From Zootoca vivipara (taxonomy: Eukaryota): DNA of 64,000 nt. The notes below the pieces were generated by a model. That model did not search any database. It was given only the letters and a program-made list of their open reading frames with translations, and had not been told where the DNA came from. The stretch spans positions 52,638,001 to 52,702,000 of the forward strand of contig NC_083285.1 in the NCBI RefSeq assembly GCF_963506605.1. The letters are read 5' to 3'. The position numbers and the translations under genes were made by a program. This document shows, piece by piece, positions 24,130-35,771 of this stretch; position 1 is the stretch's first letter, and each line of letters begins with the position of its first letter.

Positions 24130-24779
24130 CATGGTTGCCAATATTGCGTTTAGACTTGTATTGACAGAACTCTTGACTTTTAATTAAATTTGGGTGGGGG
24201 GTGGGTGGGATTTTTCCAAACCAAGTTTCTTATCGTTCACCTAGCTTACATTTAATAACCCTGCCCTTCTGTGAGAAAAGACAGTGCACAGATACTGCAA
24301 AGCTATGGCACATTGCGGGTTTTGTACCTTTACCTTGTAATGGGCAGTAGAAGGTATATCATTATGTCCTTTTGTAACAGGCTGATGAGTTCCCTAGTAA
24401 TTAACCCAACTTGCCCTCAAGCACATGCAGGAACAATAGCACTGATTTCTCTCGTTAGGGCCCTTAGCACTTTGCTGCAGGGAAGCTTGTTTTTAATCTT
24501 TTGTTGGCCATATTGTCCCCAAAAAACAACAACAATGGAAGAGGATACAAAAGTCTTGGAATAATGAATTCACAATTGGTATATCCAGCTGAAATGAGTG
24601 TTCGGAGTGAACACATCTAGGGCTTTTATAATGTAGGAAAGATGTACAGGGAAGTTGGCCAGGGTCGGAGGAAAACTACAGATACGGTACCAGTTCACGA
24701 GTTTTGGGGAATAATGTTGCCCTTAGCACGACCCCCGATAGCACCCCAAATTTCACTATGGGTGGTAGCACCCTTGAGT

Positions 24780-24966
24780 GTTGCTTTGAAATTCACTTTA
24801 AAGCTGCTGGGTGACCTTGGGCTAGTCACACTTCTCTGAAGCCTCTCAGCCCCACTCACCTCACGGGTTTGTTGTGGGGGAGGAAGGGAAAGGAGACTGT
24901 TAGTCACTTTGAGACTCCTTCGGGTAGTGATAAAGCGGGGTATCAAATCCAAACTCTTCTTCTTCT
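24780..24966 (+). mobile_element. MIR/CORE-like SINE 3' part with (TTC)n tail
   Basis: gctgggtgaccttgggctagtcacacttctctga..cccactcacctcac..gtatcaaatccaaactcttcttcttc. Confidence 0.55.
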
Positions 24967-25143
24967 TTAAAGGCATTTATACTGGTACCTTGCCCTTTCG
25001 CAAAGAAAAGGCTCTCAGAGCAGCTTATGAAAAGCAGTAATAAGTCAGTCCCTGCCCTTGGGCGCACATGACATACAAGGAAAAAGAGAATGGGAGGGAG
25101 GAGACGAAAGCAACCTCAGGAACAAGTTCTTGAAGGTATAGTT

Positions 25144-25935
25144 CAGGGGTCAGCAAACTTTTTCAGCAGGGTCCACTGTCCCTCAGACCTTGTGAGGGGC
25201 CGGACTATATGTTGCCATGATTATGACCCACATTTTTGGCAAAAACCCTTATTGGGACCAACACCAACATTGCCCAAATGTGATTTGGTGGGATGGGTGT
25301 TTCTTCATACACCCACGCTGCTTCCTTTGTGTTTTACGCTTTGACAGTTATTATTTCTCGGGTGGGGGGGGGCAGCTGAGGTAAGCACGCCATTCCTGTC
25401 AGCCCTGGAGAGTGTGTGTGCATGCGTGGGTGAAGGGAAAAGCCATTGGCCACACTAAGTCACGCCGGAGCCGCTCAAGCAAAAACGTTCTTTTCCCCGC
25501 ATGAGAGAAGACAAGGCGGCGGCTGCTATTTACTTTTCCATGGCTCTCACCATTTAGCTAACGAGTGGCCTCCCCAGCAGAGCGCAGAACTGTTTGCCCT
25601 CCCCTCCCCGCTTCCTCCAGTGGAGAGACCGCCACCACAAACACCGGCAAATGTCGCTCCCGAGGCGCCTCCAAGCTCCTGCCGCCGCAACTGCCCTTCC
25701 TGAGGTCAGTTGCCAGGAGCTCCATGGTGGAAATTCGAACTGTGGCTCCTTTTCCCTCTTCCCCACCCCAGAAGAAAAGATTGCTGCGCGCGCACAACGG
25801 ATGGAGAAGGGGCTTGTCTTGAGCATCCGTCCGCCTCACTTTTGACCTCCAAAAACCATCGCTCGCATGCTATGCTGTCTGCAGGCCGGATCTAGAAGGC
25901 AATTGGGCCTACGGCTCTTAGTTTTTCGACCCATG
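25144..25935. mobile_element. hAT (Charlie-like) non-autonomous DNA transposon, GC-rich interior
   Basis: Left TIR CAGGGGTCAGCAAAC, degenerate right TIR GTTTTTCGACCCATG. 8-bp TSD GTATAGTT at 25136-25143 and 25936-25943. Confidence 0.85.
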
Positions 25936-28367
25936 GTATAGTTCTTATAACACAGTTATAGAGTTCTGTCGGTGCAGATTCTGACCTTCTAAAAGAGCAG
26001 CAACTCATCACCCATGTCTGTGGTGGGTTGGGCTGTTGGAACAACCATCTTTTCCCAGAAGCATTTACCCCTGCTCCCCGGATCAGATCCAGGAGCAGAG
26101 CTGATGACCAGGTCTAAACCAGGAAGACAGAGCAGCTCCTGCCACACAGTTCTTCCATCAGACAAGTGTTAGAATCCTCACTGGATGGAGTTCCTCATCC
26201 CCGTTGCCATTGTCAGTGACTGATCTGGTTCTCCATTTCAGAAAGACTGTCCAGGGGCTTTCTCTTTCGGGTTGACTCCCCCCTTAGGACTCTGCAGAAG
26301 ACAGCTGCGTATTTTTGTACTTGCATATTGAATGAGAAGTCTTAGCTGCAGATAAATTGCCGACATGGCTTCTGGAAAGGTAAGTCCCGCCTCGCTAACC
26401 TTTTCAAGTTCTTCAGAAGTGTCAACAAGCATTTGGTAAGGATATTCCAACAGGCATTATATACTTGGGCATTTGAAAATCTCTGAACAAAGGTTTGTGA
26501 GGAAACAGCCATCATAGGATAAGAGAACAGATCTCTTACAGCAGAGTTGGGGAACCTCTAGCCTCCTCTGGCCTTCAAAACTCAGGCCTGCATGCCTAAC
26601 CGGTCATTAATATTTTTGTCTAGCTGGAATATGGTGTGGAATTTTGATAATGCTTGCCTGGATGGAGGGTAGAGAGGGATGGATGAGGATGTGTACATTC
26701 ATTGCTCCATTAAGTCCAGAGTCTAAGATTACCTAACTGCACCCCTGCTTCAAGATCAGGGATCTGTGGCCTTCCATATGTTCTTGGACTGCAACTCCCA
26801 CCAGCCCCAGTCAGCATGGGATAGTCCAGCTACATCTGAATGGGCCACAGATTCCACTTACCCTTGCTCTAGAAAATCTCAGAAGTGGTCTCCAATTTAG
26901 CTGACTGCTGGAAAGTGGCTAGAGGCTTCATGTTTATATCTCTATTACACCACAGTCTTGAGATCAGCAGCAAGCCTGCGGTGGAGAACTCTCCAGCTGC
27001 TTGGCCTGTATAAATAATGAGGATTTGCCAAACAGTTGGCTCACAAATTGGTTCTTCTCTCTTGTCTATTAAGGAAATTCAGCGCTCACTTAACAGACGT
27101 TGCTTGGGGAGCAGGGAGCTCTCTCGTTCCCGCTTTGCAGAGCTCAAAAGGTTTTTCTGTCAGAGGTGCTTCACCAAAAGAGGGGCAGGTAGCACAATGC
27201 GCTGCAAATTAATGTCAAAGATTTCCCTGTGCGCTTCCCAGAGAATGAGATTCTGTCAACTGCATCCTTTCTCTGCGTTCCTGGGTTGACCTGTGGCGTT
27301 CACACTGTTCCTCACTTGCCGCCACCTCCTCCCTCTTTTTCATTTCTGCAGCATTCAAAACTTAACTTTATCCCATCTGGGGGTTTTCCTTCCTTTTCTA
27401 GAGAGGTTGAAAAACAGCTGCCTTTGGAAGTTATTGTTAGTATGCAAAGCTACTGCGTTGTACCTGCTGTGAACAATTATCCCCGCCAAGTCTCACCTGG
27501 AAGCGGGTCGGGAGATTCTTTGACTTAAATGGGGGAGAAAAGAGGTTTCTGAGAACAAAAGGAATTGCATTAGATACACAGAATGCAGTTCCGTTATCTT
27601 TTGACACAGTGACAGATTGCAGCCTGGCTCGTTTTTTTGTTTTTGTTTTTAAAAAACCCAACCACAAGCCTGAAGTGACAATCATAAAATCAAAGAATCT
27701 GGAGAATGAGGGAGATGCTTGTGATCTTTGGTGGTAGTCAAAGGCTGCTTATGGAGATTTCTCTTGAAATGCAATTCTTCTAATGCTTTTTATTAGAGTT
27801 GCTCTCTGGAGCCACAATCTCTGTCCCAAATGTCTATAGGGCTTGATATTTTTTAGAATTTGTTTGTCCTCTGAGGTATGTAGTACAATGATCCCCGAGG
27901 GTGACAAATACTCAATCTAGCTAGAGAGATTCTGCCATTCTTCTTCTCTGGGTAGGAGGACCACTTATGCAGCACCCAAAAAGAGGGAATGCACTGCCAA
28001 AAAAGAGGGCGAAAGAGGGTGCACATTTGTATAAAATTTTAATGTGCTAATGCTTAGGTGGAAACTTAGGCTGGCGACGGTGTACTTTTAAGTAGAAGCA
28101 GAATACATCTCACCATTGTGGGGAAGATTGTGATCAGGTGATCTGTGTTACATGCTCAGCCTGTTGTCCGGGCCCTAACTGTAGATTGGCCTTTTCAAGG
28201 GCTCTGCTGCTCTCCCTCTTTGAAGTTCTTTGGCTGTGGACCGGAGCGCCCTTTAAATAGAAACTTTCAAATACAAGACTCTCCTCTGTAAAGTACAACG
28301 CATGGCCACTGATATCCAGTCTTACCCCTTGCACAAGAAGGCCAGAGGTACAGTGATTTTCACTCAT

Positions 28368-28368
<1 letters not shown>

Positions 28369-28420
<52 letters not shown>

Positions 28421-28755
28421 TTATTACTTATACTCCACCCATCAGGCTGGGTTTCCCCAGCCAATCCGGGCAGCTCCCAACAGAATATTAAAAGCAAAAC
28501 AAAAAATTCAAACATTAAAAACTTCCCTATACAGGGCTGCTTTCAGATGTCTTCTAAAAGTCAGATAGTTGTTTATTTCCTTGACATCTGATGGGAGGGT
28601 GTTCCACAGGGCGGGTGCCACCACCAAGGAAGTCCTCTGCCTGGTTCCCTGTAACTTCACTTCTCGCAATGAGGGAACCACCAGAAGACCCTCGGAGATG
28701 GACCTCAGTGTCCGGGCAAAATGGTGCAGGTGGAGACGCTCCTTCAGGTATACAG
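28369..28755 (-). mobile_element. L2-type LINE 3' end
   Basis: Minus-strand ORF 28508-28846 includes RTLRS...GTRQRTSLVVAPALWNTLPSDVKEINNYLTFRRHLKAALY, typical of an L2/CR1 RT C-terminus. Long (TAA)n tail. Confidence 0.8.
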
Positions 28756-28842
28756 CACAGATATCAGGCATCTGTTTGGCCACTGTGAGAACAGGATGCT
28801 GGTCCAGATGGGGCACTGGCCTGATCCAGCAGGCTTTTCTTT

Positions 28843-28946
28843 TCATAGAATTATAGAATCATAGAGTTGGAAGAGACCACAAGGGCCATCCAGTCCAACC
28901 CCCTGCCAAGCAGGAAACACCATCAAAGCATTCTTGACATATGCCT
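28843..28946 (-). mobile_element. CR1 LINE 3' end
   Basis: catagaattatagaatcatagagttggaagagaccac..atccagtccaacccc is the reverse complement of the CR1 (ATTCTATG)n terminus. Confidence 0.75.
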
Positions 28947-29347
28947 GTTGTTAGGTTCTTAGTTCTGTCCCCATCTTCCTTCCTACTGTTTTCTACAAGC
29001 AGGGGCAAAGCATGTGGGTTGCCAGGGGGGCTGTGACCCCACGTGCACAATGTTTGAGTGGCAGCAAACCAAGCACCCCCACAGAGGCAACCCCAGCGCA
29101 GCCTGACCTAATGTTCCTCTCTGCCCACCAAGGGTCACGTCGGACAGCCAGGCTCCTCCCTCCCTGTATTGGGGGGGCAGACAGCTCAGTGCAGGCCCAC
29201 TTTGCTCCAGTTGGGGTGAGGTCACTCCGGTCGCAGCAGGGGCTGGGCTGGAGTCCTGCCCCCCAGGGTGTGTGCCCCCTCTGCTTGGCACACATGTGCA
29301 ACCACCTGCCCAACAACGTACGCTATTCTGCTGTGTACAAGGGCAAA

Positions 29348-29517
29348 AGAAATTTAAAGAAATTGTCCAGTAGCACCTTAGAGACCAACTAGGTTCTTGG
29401 TATGAGCTTTTGTGTGCAAGAACAAACTTAGTTGGTCTCTAATGTGCTACTGGACAATTTTTTTTAATATATATTTCTACTGTGTCAGACCAACATGGCT
29501 ACCTACCTGAATCTAGA
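29348..29517. mobile_element. 170-bp fold-back Penelope-derived element
   Basis: Inverted arms AAATTGTCCAGTAGCAC..AGAGACCAACTA / TAGTTGGTCTCT..GTGCTACTGGACAATTT, a partial hammerhead in the loop, and the same tail as the 52.2-kb copy. 12-bp TSD TACAAGGGCAAA at 29336-29347 and 29518-29529. Confidence 0.85.
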
Positions 29518-30243
29518 TACAAGGGCAAATGTGAGACTTAAAGGAAGCTGACAGCCAGGCCCCCACCTCCTGGATTTGTTGTGAGTACGAAGGCAGGCTG
29601 GATGGGGGCAGGCTGAGGTTTGTGGGTCTGTGCACTGTTTGCCCTGATGGACTGGCTCAATATTAAAGAGAGGGCTTTTTGTAACAGAAGTTTACTTTTC
29701 AGTACACAACAAACTGCAAACTTGGAAACCATGTACAGGAGATACTAGTTTCACAGCTGCTGCAAAACACCTGCTGCTCAGGTGGAACAAAGGCCCAGAG
29801 ATCTTCTTTCCGCTCTTTCCCCGAACAAAAGAGGATGTCATTCCTCTGGCAGCGATGGAGTCGTCACTTGTCAGCTTCTTCTCACAATCAACTTTAATGT
29901 CACATTAAAACAGATTGACTCTGCTGGAAAGCCTGTCCTGCCCCCCTCCTCCCCAGTTTTGCTTTTTAATTGACGTCCTGCACTGAATTGTAGTGCAGGT
30001 GTAAAACAAAGTTTGCGCTTCCACGCTGATGTCTCCAGGGGCAGCTGTCGATAAGGAAACTTCGCAGAGAAGTGCAAAGGAAAACCTTTGGAGGAAGGGG
30101 AAAAATCCAATCCGTTCCCAAGCATAATGACTAGACATTGTGGCATTTTTATATTTCGTATTACATTTATAGACAGCCTCAGATAAATTGTGTGCAAGGT
30201 CATTTGATACTCTGAGTATCGCTTAGTTGGATGCGACCCAATA

Positions 30244-30612
30244 ACATACCCTCCAACATTTCTGCAATGAAAATAGGAATGTCCTATTCTATTATTATTA
30301 GCCTCCCATCTGACTGGGTCGCCCCAGCCACTCTGGGTGGCTTCCATTGTATATAAAAACATAATAAAACATTAAACATTTAAAAAACTTCCCTGTACAG
30401 GGCTGCCTTCAGGTGTCTAAAAAACTAAAGGTTGTATAGTTACTTATCTCCTTGGCTTGGGGGTCGCAAAACTCCATACCCTCCAACATTCCTCCAAAGA
30501 AGATAAGGACTTCCTAAGGAAAACTGGGACATTCTGGGATCAAATCAGAAACCGGAACGGCTTCTGTAAATCTGGGACTGTTCCTGGAAAATAAGGACAC
30601 TTGGAGGGTCTG
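30244..30612. mobile_element. hAT-like MITE pieces interleaved with an L2 3' fragment
   Basis: CATACCCTCCAACATT occurs twice (~30244, ~30475) and the inverse TTGGAGGGTCTG at ~30601. L2 tail sequence at 30290-30420. Confidence 0.55.
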
Positions 30613-30844
30613 CAATAAGGATATGAATTAATGTGAAGTGCCTGACATTGTGTGGAATACCATTGTTTCTAAATCCCAGTTGCTGGAAACTGCTCTTGTG
30701 CTTGGGTCTTGCTTGCTGCTTTCCCAGAGGCATCTATCTGAGTGGTCACTGTGAGAAAAGGATGCTATATTAGATGGGCCATTGGCCTGATCTAATAGGC
30801 TCTTGTTATATTCTTAAGTGAGACTTTGATGTTTAGATGCTAAG

Positions 30845-31320
30845 TGATATAAGTAAAAAGAACCGCTCCTTTTCCCTTATGAGGGTTCTTTGTCGGTAGG
30901 AGAAAATAACAGAGACCAACCAGAGAATATTGAGAAGCAAAGTAGCTCGTAAGCCTGATCTTTATTAACTGTTGCAACAGGGTGCTCACAACCACACGCA
31001 GCAGGCAGGAGGGACCCAGAACATTGGTGTGCAAACTCTTATATAGACATTTGAAATTGTCTCCCTGTAGCTCAAGACCACCCCCCAGATACATCATACC
31101 TACATCACAGAAAAGGCGGTCTACAGCAGCCTGTCTGGCAAGTTACCTGATTGCATTATCTGGGTTTTGGCCACTCTTTTGTTATTATAACTACTTAATT
31201 CCTGAATCTAGGTCACAGGCTCACACCCTGTTCATATCTTGAATGTGCCTTTAAGACAGGATTTGTGAGGAAAGAGACAATGGGGAGGTTTCCCACTTTG
31301 ACCTTGAAATTGTTATAACA
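30845..31320 (-). mobile_element. Solo LTR (ERV/Gypsy-like)
   Basis: Termini TGATATAA...TTATAACA. 4-bp TSD TAAG at 30841-30844 and 31321-31324. Minus-strand TATATAA (~31040) lies upstream of AATAAA (~30961). Confidence 0.75.
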
Positions 31321-31355
31321 TAAGCAATCCTGATCACTTTCCAAACTATGGAGTA

Positions 31356-31591
31356 CAGTCGTACCCTGGAAGTCGAACGGAATCCGTTCTGGAAGTCTGT
31401 TTGACTTCCAAAGCATTTGGAAACCAAATCGCGACTTCTGATTGGCTTCAGGAAGCTCCTGCAGCCAATCAGAAGCCGCAGAAGCCCTGTCGGACATTCG
31501 GGTTCCAAAAGAATGTTTGCAAACTGGAACAATCACTTTTGGGAGCCAAAATGTCTGAGTTCCGGGGCGTTCAGGATCCAAGGTACGACTG
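31356..31591. mobile_element. Tc1/mariner (Tigger-like) MITE
   Basis: TA|CAGTCGTACCCTGG ... CCAAGGTACGACTG. Same family as the 63336 element. Confidence 0.8.
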
Positions 31592-32881
31592 TTCATGCAC
31601 ATCCCTGCGTGCATGAGCACCAATCATGAATTTGTTTCTTGCAAACTTTCCGAAGGACCGGTTTTGATGCAGAAATTGGGAGGTCCCCATAAATTCCGAG
31701 ATGGCTTCTGTGGGCTGAGTGTCTCTTCCACAGAGGACAGCTATGTGACAGAATGTAAATTTCCAGATGGCATTTTCCCCAGGAGCAGCGGTGAGAACCA
31801 ATTAATAATTTCATGGTCATTTAGGCAGAAAACCATCACCTAAAAAAACACAAACCACGCACAACTTGGTGGTTCTTAGCTTCAGAGAGTTGTGGCTTAC
31901 AGGGTGAGCAAATACCATCTAGAAAGAATTCAGCAAAGCTTGAAATAGAGGGTGCAGAGGAAAACAATGTTAGATCTCCTTCCGAGGAATATCTCCCGAG
32001 CACCGAAAGGTTATGCGCAATATGTCACAAAGCTTGACAGCTCTTTCTCTGCATGGCTAGTCTGTTTTTCCTCTCTGACTTCATCTTTATACGTGTGTGT
32101 GTGGTTAACCATCGCAGCTGTTGGATGTGGATTTAATCCAGTCAATTTAATGATACAAATCTGAGCAATTCAACTTTTTTTTCCCTTTAGAGTACAAGCA
32201 CAATTCTCCAGGGTTCCCAAAACGTAGTCTGCACATCACCAGTGGTCTACATGCTTCATTCGGGTGGCCCATGGTATGCCTGTGAATTTGTGGTTGAAGT
32301 TAGGAGATGGCACCTTCATCGCATTAAATAGTCAAATTGATTTTAAATTTTTAAATTTTGTTTGCCTCTTTTGTTTCGTATATTGCATTTCGTTGCATTA
32401 CAGTTTGAATTCAAACTGCAGTATAGTAAAAGTCGAAATATAAGAAAGCAATTATTATTATTTTTTTAAAAAATGCTGCAGCATCTAGCACAGTGCATTA
32501 CAATGGCTACAACAGGCAGAAAAATAATTAAGCAGTCTGCCAAGACACTCGGCGATTTTCAAGTGGGCTGGGGGAGGGACGGGCAGGGGGGAAAACACTG
32601 ACAGAGCTGTTCTTAATGCAATTTCCAGTGGCAGATCTGTGCTCAGTCCAGTCCTGTGGGTTAACTCAAAAGTAAATCCCACTGAGTTCAATGCTGTCAA
32701 GCAAGCATGTAAGATTACAGTCACAGTGATGTCATTTAACTGTGAAATGTGTTATGGAAATGTGAAAATGTTAATGCAACTTACCACAGGAGTGGGCAAC
32801 CCATGGCCCTTGAACTAATTTTATGCAGGTGGGGGTAGCCCGGAGGGGAGAAAGGGGGAGCAAAAAAACAGATGGAACAAA

Positions 32882-33270
32882 CTAATAATAATAATAATTT
32901 CATACCCTGCCCTTCCCGGTTTAAAAACCGGGCTCAGGATGGCTAACAGCAAATATAAAACATTGATTAAAATGTGACTTAAAACAGCATAAAATACAAC
33001 ATAAAATGCAGCATCAATATCAATAAAATTCAAAAATTCAGGGATCATTTCGGGGAGGGGGGAACCCCAGTCAGTAGACATCAAATGATCACTAGGGCTA
33101 AACTTGCGAAGTTGGTCCTACTAGGGCCAGCAAGGAGACCAGGGAAGAATTTAAATGTGGGGTCCCAGAAAGGGTTTCTTCACAGAAGAGGAAAGGGAAA
33201 AGGGAATAGAGGATCAGGCTGATTCAAATTGAAGGCCAGGTGGAATAGCTCTGTCTTACAGGCCCTGCGG
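32882..33270 (-). mobile_element. L2-type LINE 3' end
   Basis: (TAA)n tail then ataccctgcccttcccgg..ccgggctcaggatggctaaca. A related plus-strand copy lies at ~48000-48152. Confidence 0.55.
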
Positions 33271-34083
33271 GAGGGAAGTCAATCAGTTTGAGCAAACTGT
33301 CCCTCTCCTTGCAGCCAACTGGGTGGGGAGGAAAAGAGAGAAAGGGATGTCAGAAAGAGAGAAAATAGAGTAGCCACACCTACTTTGGGCTCTGGTCCCA
33401 CCTACCACAGACTGCAGCCTTGCCCATCACTCGCACGTGGCCTGTGATAGGTTATCCCTGAGTTAATGAGGCAGTCAGCAAAACAGGAAGATCCCAATGG
33501 CCCATCTAATGGCCCAATGGCCCATCTAATCTAGCATCCTGTTCTCGCAGTGGCCAACCAGTGGCCTGTGGGAAATCCGCAAGCAGCATTTGAGCACAAG
33601 AGCACTCTCTTATCCTGTGTTTCCCACCAGCTGGTATTCAGAAGCTTTGCTGCTTTTGGAGGCAGAGCATAGCCCCCGTGGCTAAGAGCCATGGGTAGCT
33701 CCCTCCTCCATGAATTTGTCTAATTCTCTTTTAAAGCTGCCAACTCGGCGGCCACCTCCTGAGTTCCATAGTTTGATTATGCGCTGCATGAAGAAGTACC
33801 ATTGACTGGATCCAGCCGGGCTCTGTTGTTCTCGCATTCTTCCACAAAGCAGCTGATAATATCATTGGTAAAAACATGCATATGAAATGACAGAATGTGG
33901 AACAGCTAAACAATGAATCGGCCTAAAAAGTAGGGTACAGAAGCAGAATATATGGCACAATGCAGATATTAAAATAGTATAAAAACCAACAAGGATTGAA
34001 ATAAAACAGACGGATTTGGAAAGGCTTGGGAGGGAGGGAAAGTATGTCAAAAACATAACTAAGCCGAGGCTTGCTTCACTTCT

Positions 34084-34829
34084 GTTGTTGTTTAGTCGTT
34101 TAGTCGTGTCCGACTCTTCGTGACCCCATGGACCATAGCACGCCAGGCACTCCTGTCTTCCACTGCCTCCCGCAGTTTGGTCAAACTCATGTTGGTAGCT
34201 TCGAGAATACTGTCCAACCATCTTGTCCTCTGACGTCCCCTTCTCCTAGTGCCCTCAATCTTTCCCAACATCAGGGTCTTTTCCAAGGATTCTTCTCTTC
34301 TCATGAGGTGGCCAAAGTATTGGAGCCTCAGCTTCACGACCTGTCCTTCCAGGGAGCACTCAGGGCTGATTTCCTTAAGAATGGATAGGTTTGATCTTCT
34401 TGCAGTCCATGGGACTCTCAAGAGTCTCCTCCAGCACCATAATTCAAAAGCATCAATTCTTCGGCGATCAGCCTTCTTTATGGTCCAGCTCTCACTTCCA
34501 TACATCACTACTGGAAAAACCATAGCTTTAACTATACGGACCTTTGTCGGCAAGGTGATGTCTCTGCTTTTTAAGATGCTGTCTAGGTTTGTCATTGCTT
34601 TTCTCCCAAGAAGCAGGCGTCTTTTAATTTCGTGACTGCTGTCACCATCTGCAGTGATCAAGGAGCCCAAGAAGGTAAAATCTCTCACTGCCTCCATTTC
34701 TTCCCCTTCTATTTGCCAGGAGGTGATGGGACCAGTGGCCATGATCTTGGTTTTTTTGATGTTGAGCTTCAGACCATATTTTGCGCTCTCCTCTTTCACC
34801 CTCATTAAAAGGTTCTTTAATTCCTCCTC
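34084..34829 (-). mobile_element. BovB (RTE-clade LINE), 5'-truncated, uninterrupted RT C-terminal ORF
   Basis: ORF 34092-34805 (RVKEESAKYGLKLNIKKTKIMA...VFPVVMYGSESWTIKKA..RRIDAFELWCWRRLLRVPWTARRSN...HGVTKSRTRL) is typical of BovB. (CAA)n tail. 11-bp TSD GCTTCACTTCT at 34073-34083 and 34830-34840. Confidence 0.95.
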
Positions 34830-34840
34830 GCTTCACTTCT

Positions 34841-35250
34841 ATGCAGACACAATTCCTGAGAACCACAATGCTGAAAGCACAGGCTCAGTTCACAGCATGC
34901 TTTAGCACAGGGGTGTGTGACCGATCGACAATTCTTCATCCACAGTGGTGGGATGTAGAGGGAGAGGTGACTTCTCCGATACCCTGGCCCAGAACCATAC
35001 AGGGTTTTATGACACCAGTAGTAAAAACCTTGTATCCAGCTTGGTAGCAGCCACTGGCAGCCACTTTCGAACAGAGGGGGTCTCCTGCTGCTGATAGGTG
35101 GCCCCAGGAGATCAAGCATGCCACCAGAATCTCCCACCAACACCACTTCAGCTTCCAGATCAAGTTCAAGGGCAGCCCCACATGAAGCACATTGCAGTGG
35201 TCAAGTCTAGAGGTTACCAATGGATGGGTCACAGTCAACACATTAGAGCA
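34841..35250 (-). mobile_element. Degraded L2/CR1-type RT fragment
   Basis: Minus-strand translation LVTSRLDHCNVLHVGLPLNLIWKL matches the L2 RT 'SRLDYCN...GLP' motif. Confidence 0.7.
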
Positions 35251-35363
35251 CATCAACCTCTGGGGGACCACAGGTTCTCCATCCCTGATGTAGACAATAT
35301 TGAATTAGGTGGACCACTAGTCCAACTCAGAATGTTCCTATATTCCTATAGTACCCACTAGCT

Positions 35364-35364
<1 letters not shown>

Positions 35365-35427
<63 letters not shown>
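35365..35427. repeat. (CT)n microsatellite
   Basis: Read directly from the sequence. Confidence 0.95.
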
Positions 35428-35429
<2 letters not shown>

Positions 35430-35694
35430 CTCTCCCCCAAGATCAGCTTTAAATTCTGATGGCAAAAAGCCTTTCCACCAAAGGGTTTTTGCCATCTTCT
35501 GCTCCGTCTCAGCTCACAGACCCAGATCAGCCTTTAATAAAAGTGCTGCAGTTCATTATAGCAAAATGATTGCAGTATGGCCAAATGATCCATCCATACA
35601 GTGCTAATATTCTGTGTGTTTACAGGAGGGGGCAGGCTGGAGAGGGGGAAATCATAAAGCTCTAGCAATATTGAATTGATAGCAATTAAGCTGC

Positions 35695-35771
35695 GGAAGG
35701 AAGGAAGGAAGGAAGGAAGGAAGGAAGGAAGGAAGGAAGGAAGGAAGGAAGGAAGGAAGGAAGGAAGGAAG
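35695..35771. repeat. (GGAA)n microsatellite
   Basis: About 19 perfect GGAA units. Confidence 0.95.

Noticed and set aside
25446-25895. Overlapping ORFs
   Set aside because: Interior of a TSD-flanked hAT element.
28946-29316. Possible LTR with TGTTG...CAACA ends
   Set aside because: No matching TSD, and the left end overlaps a CR1 fragment, so boundaries cannot be supported.
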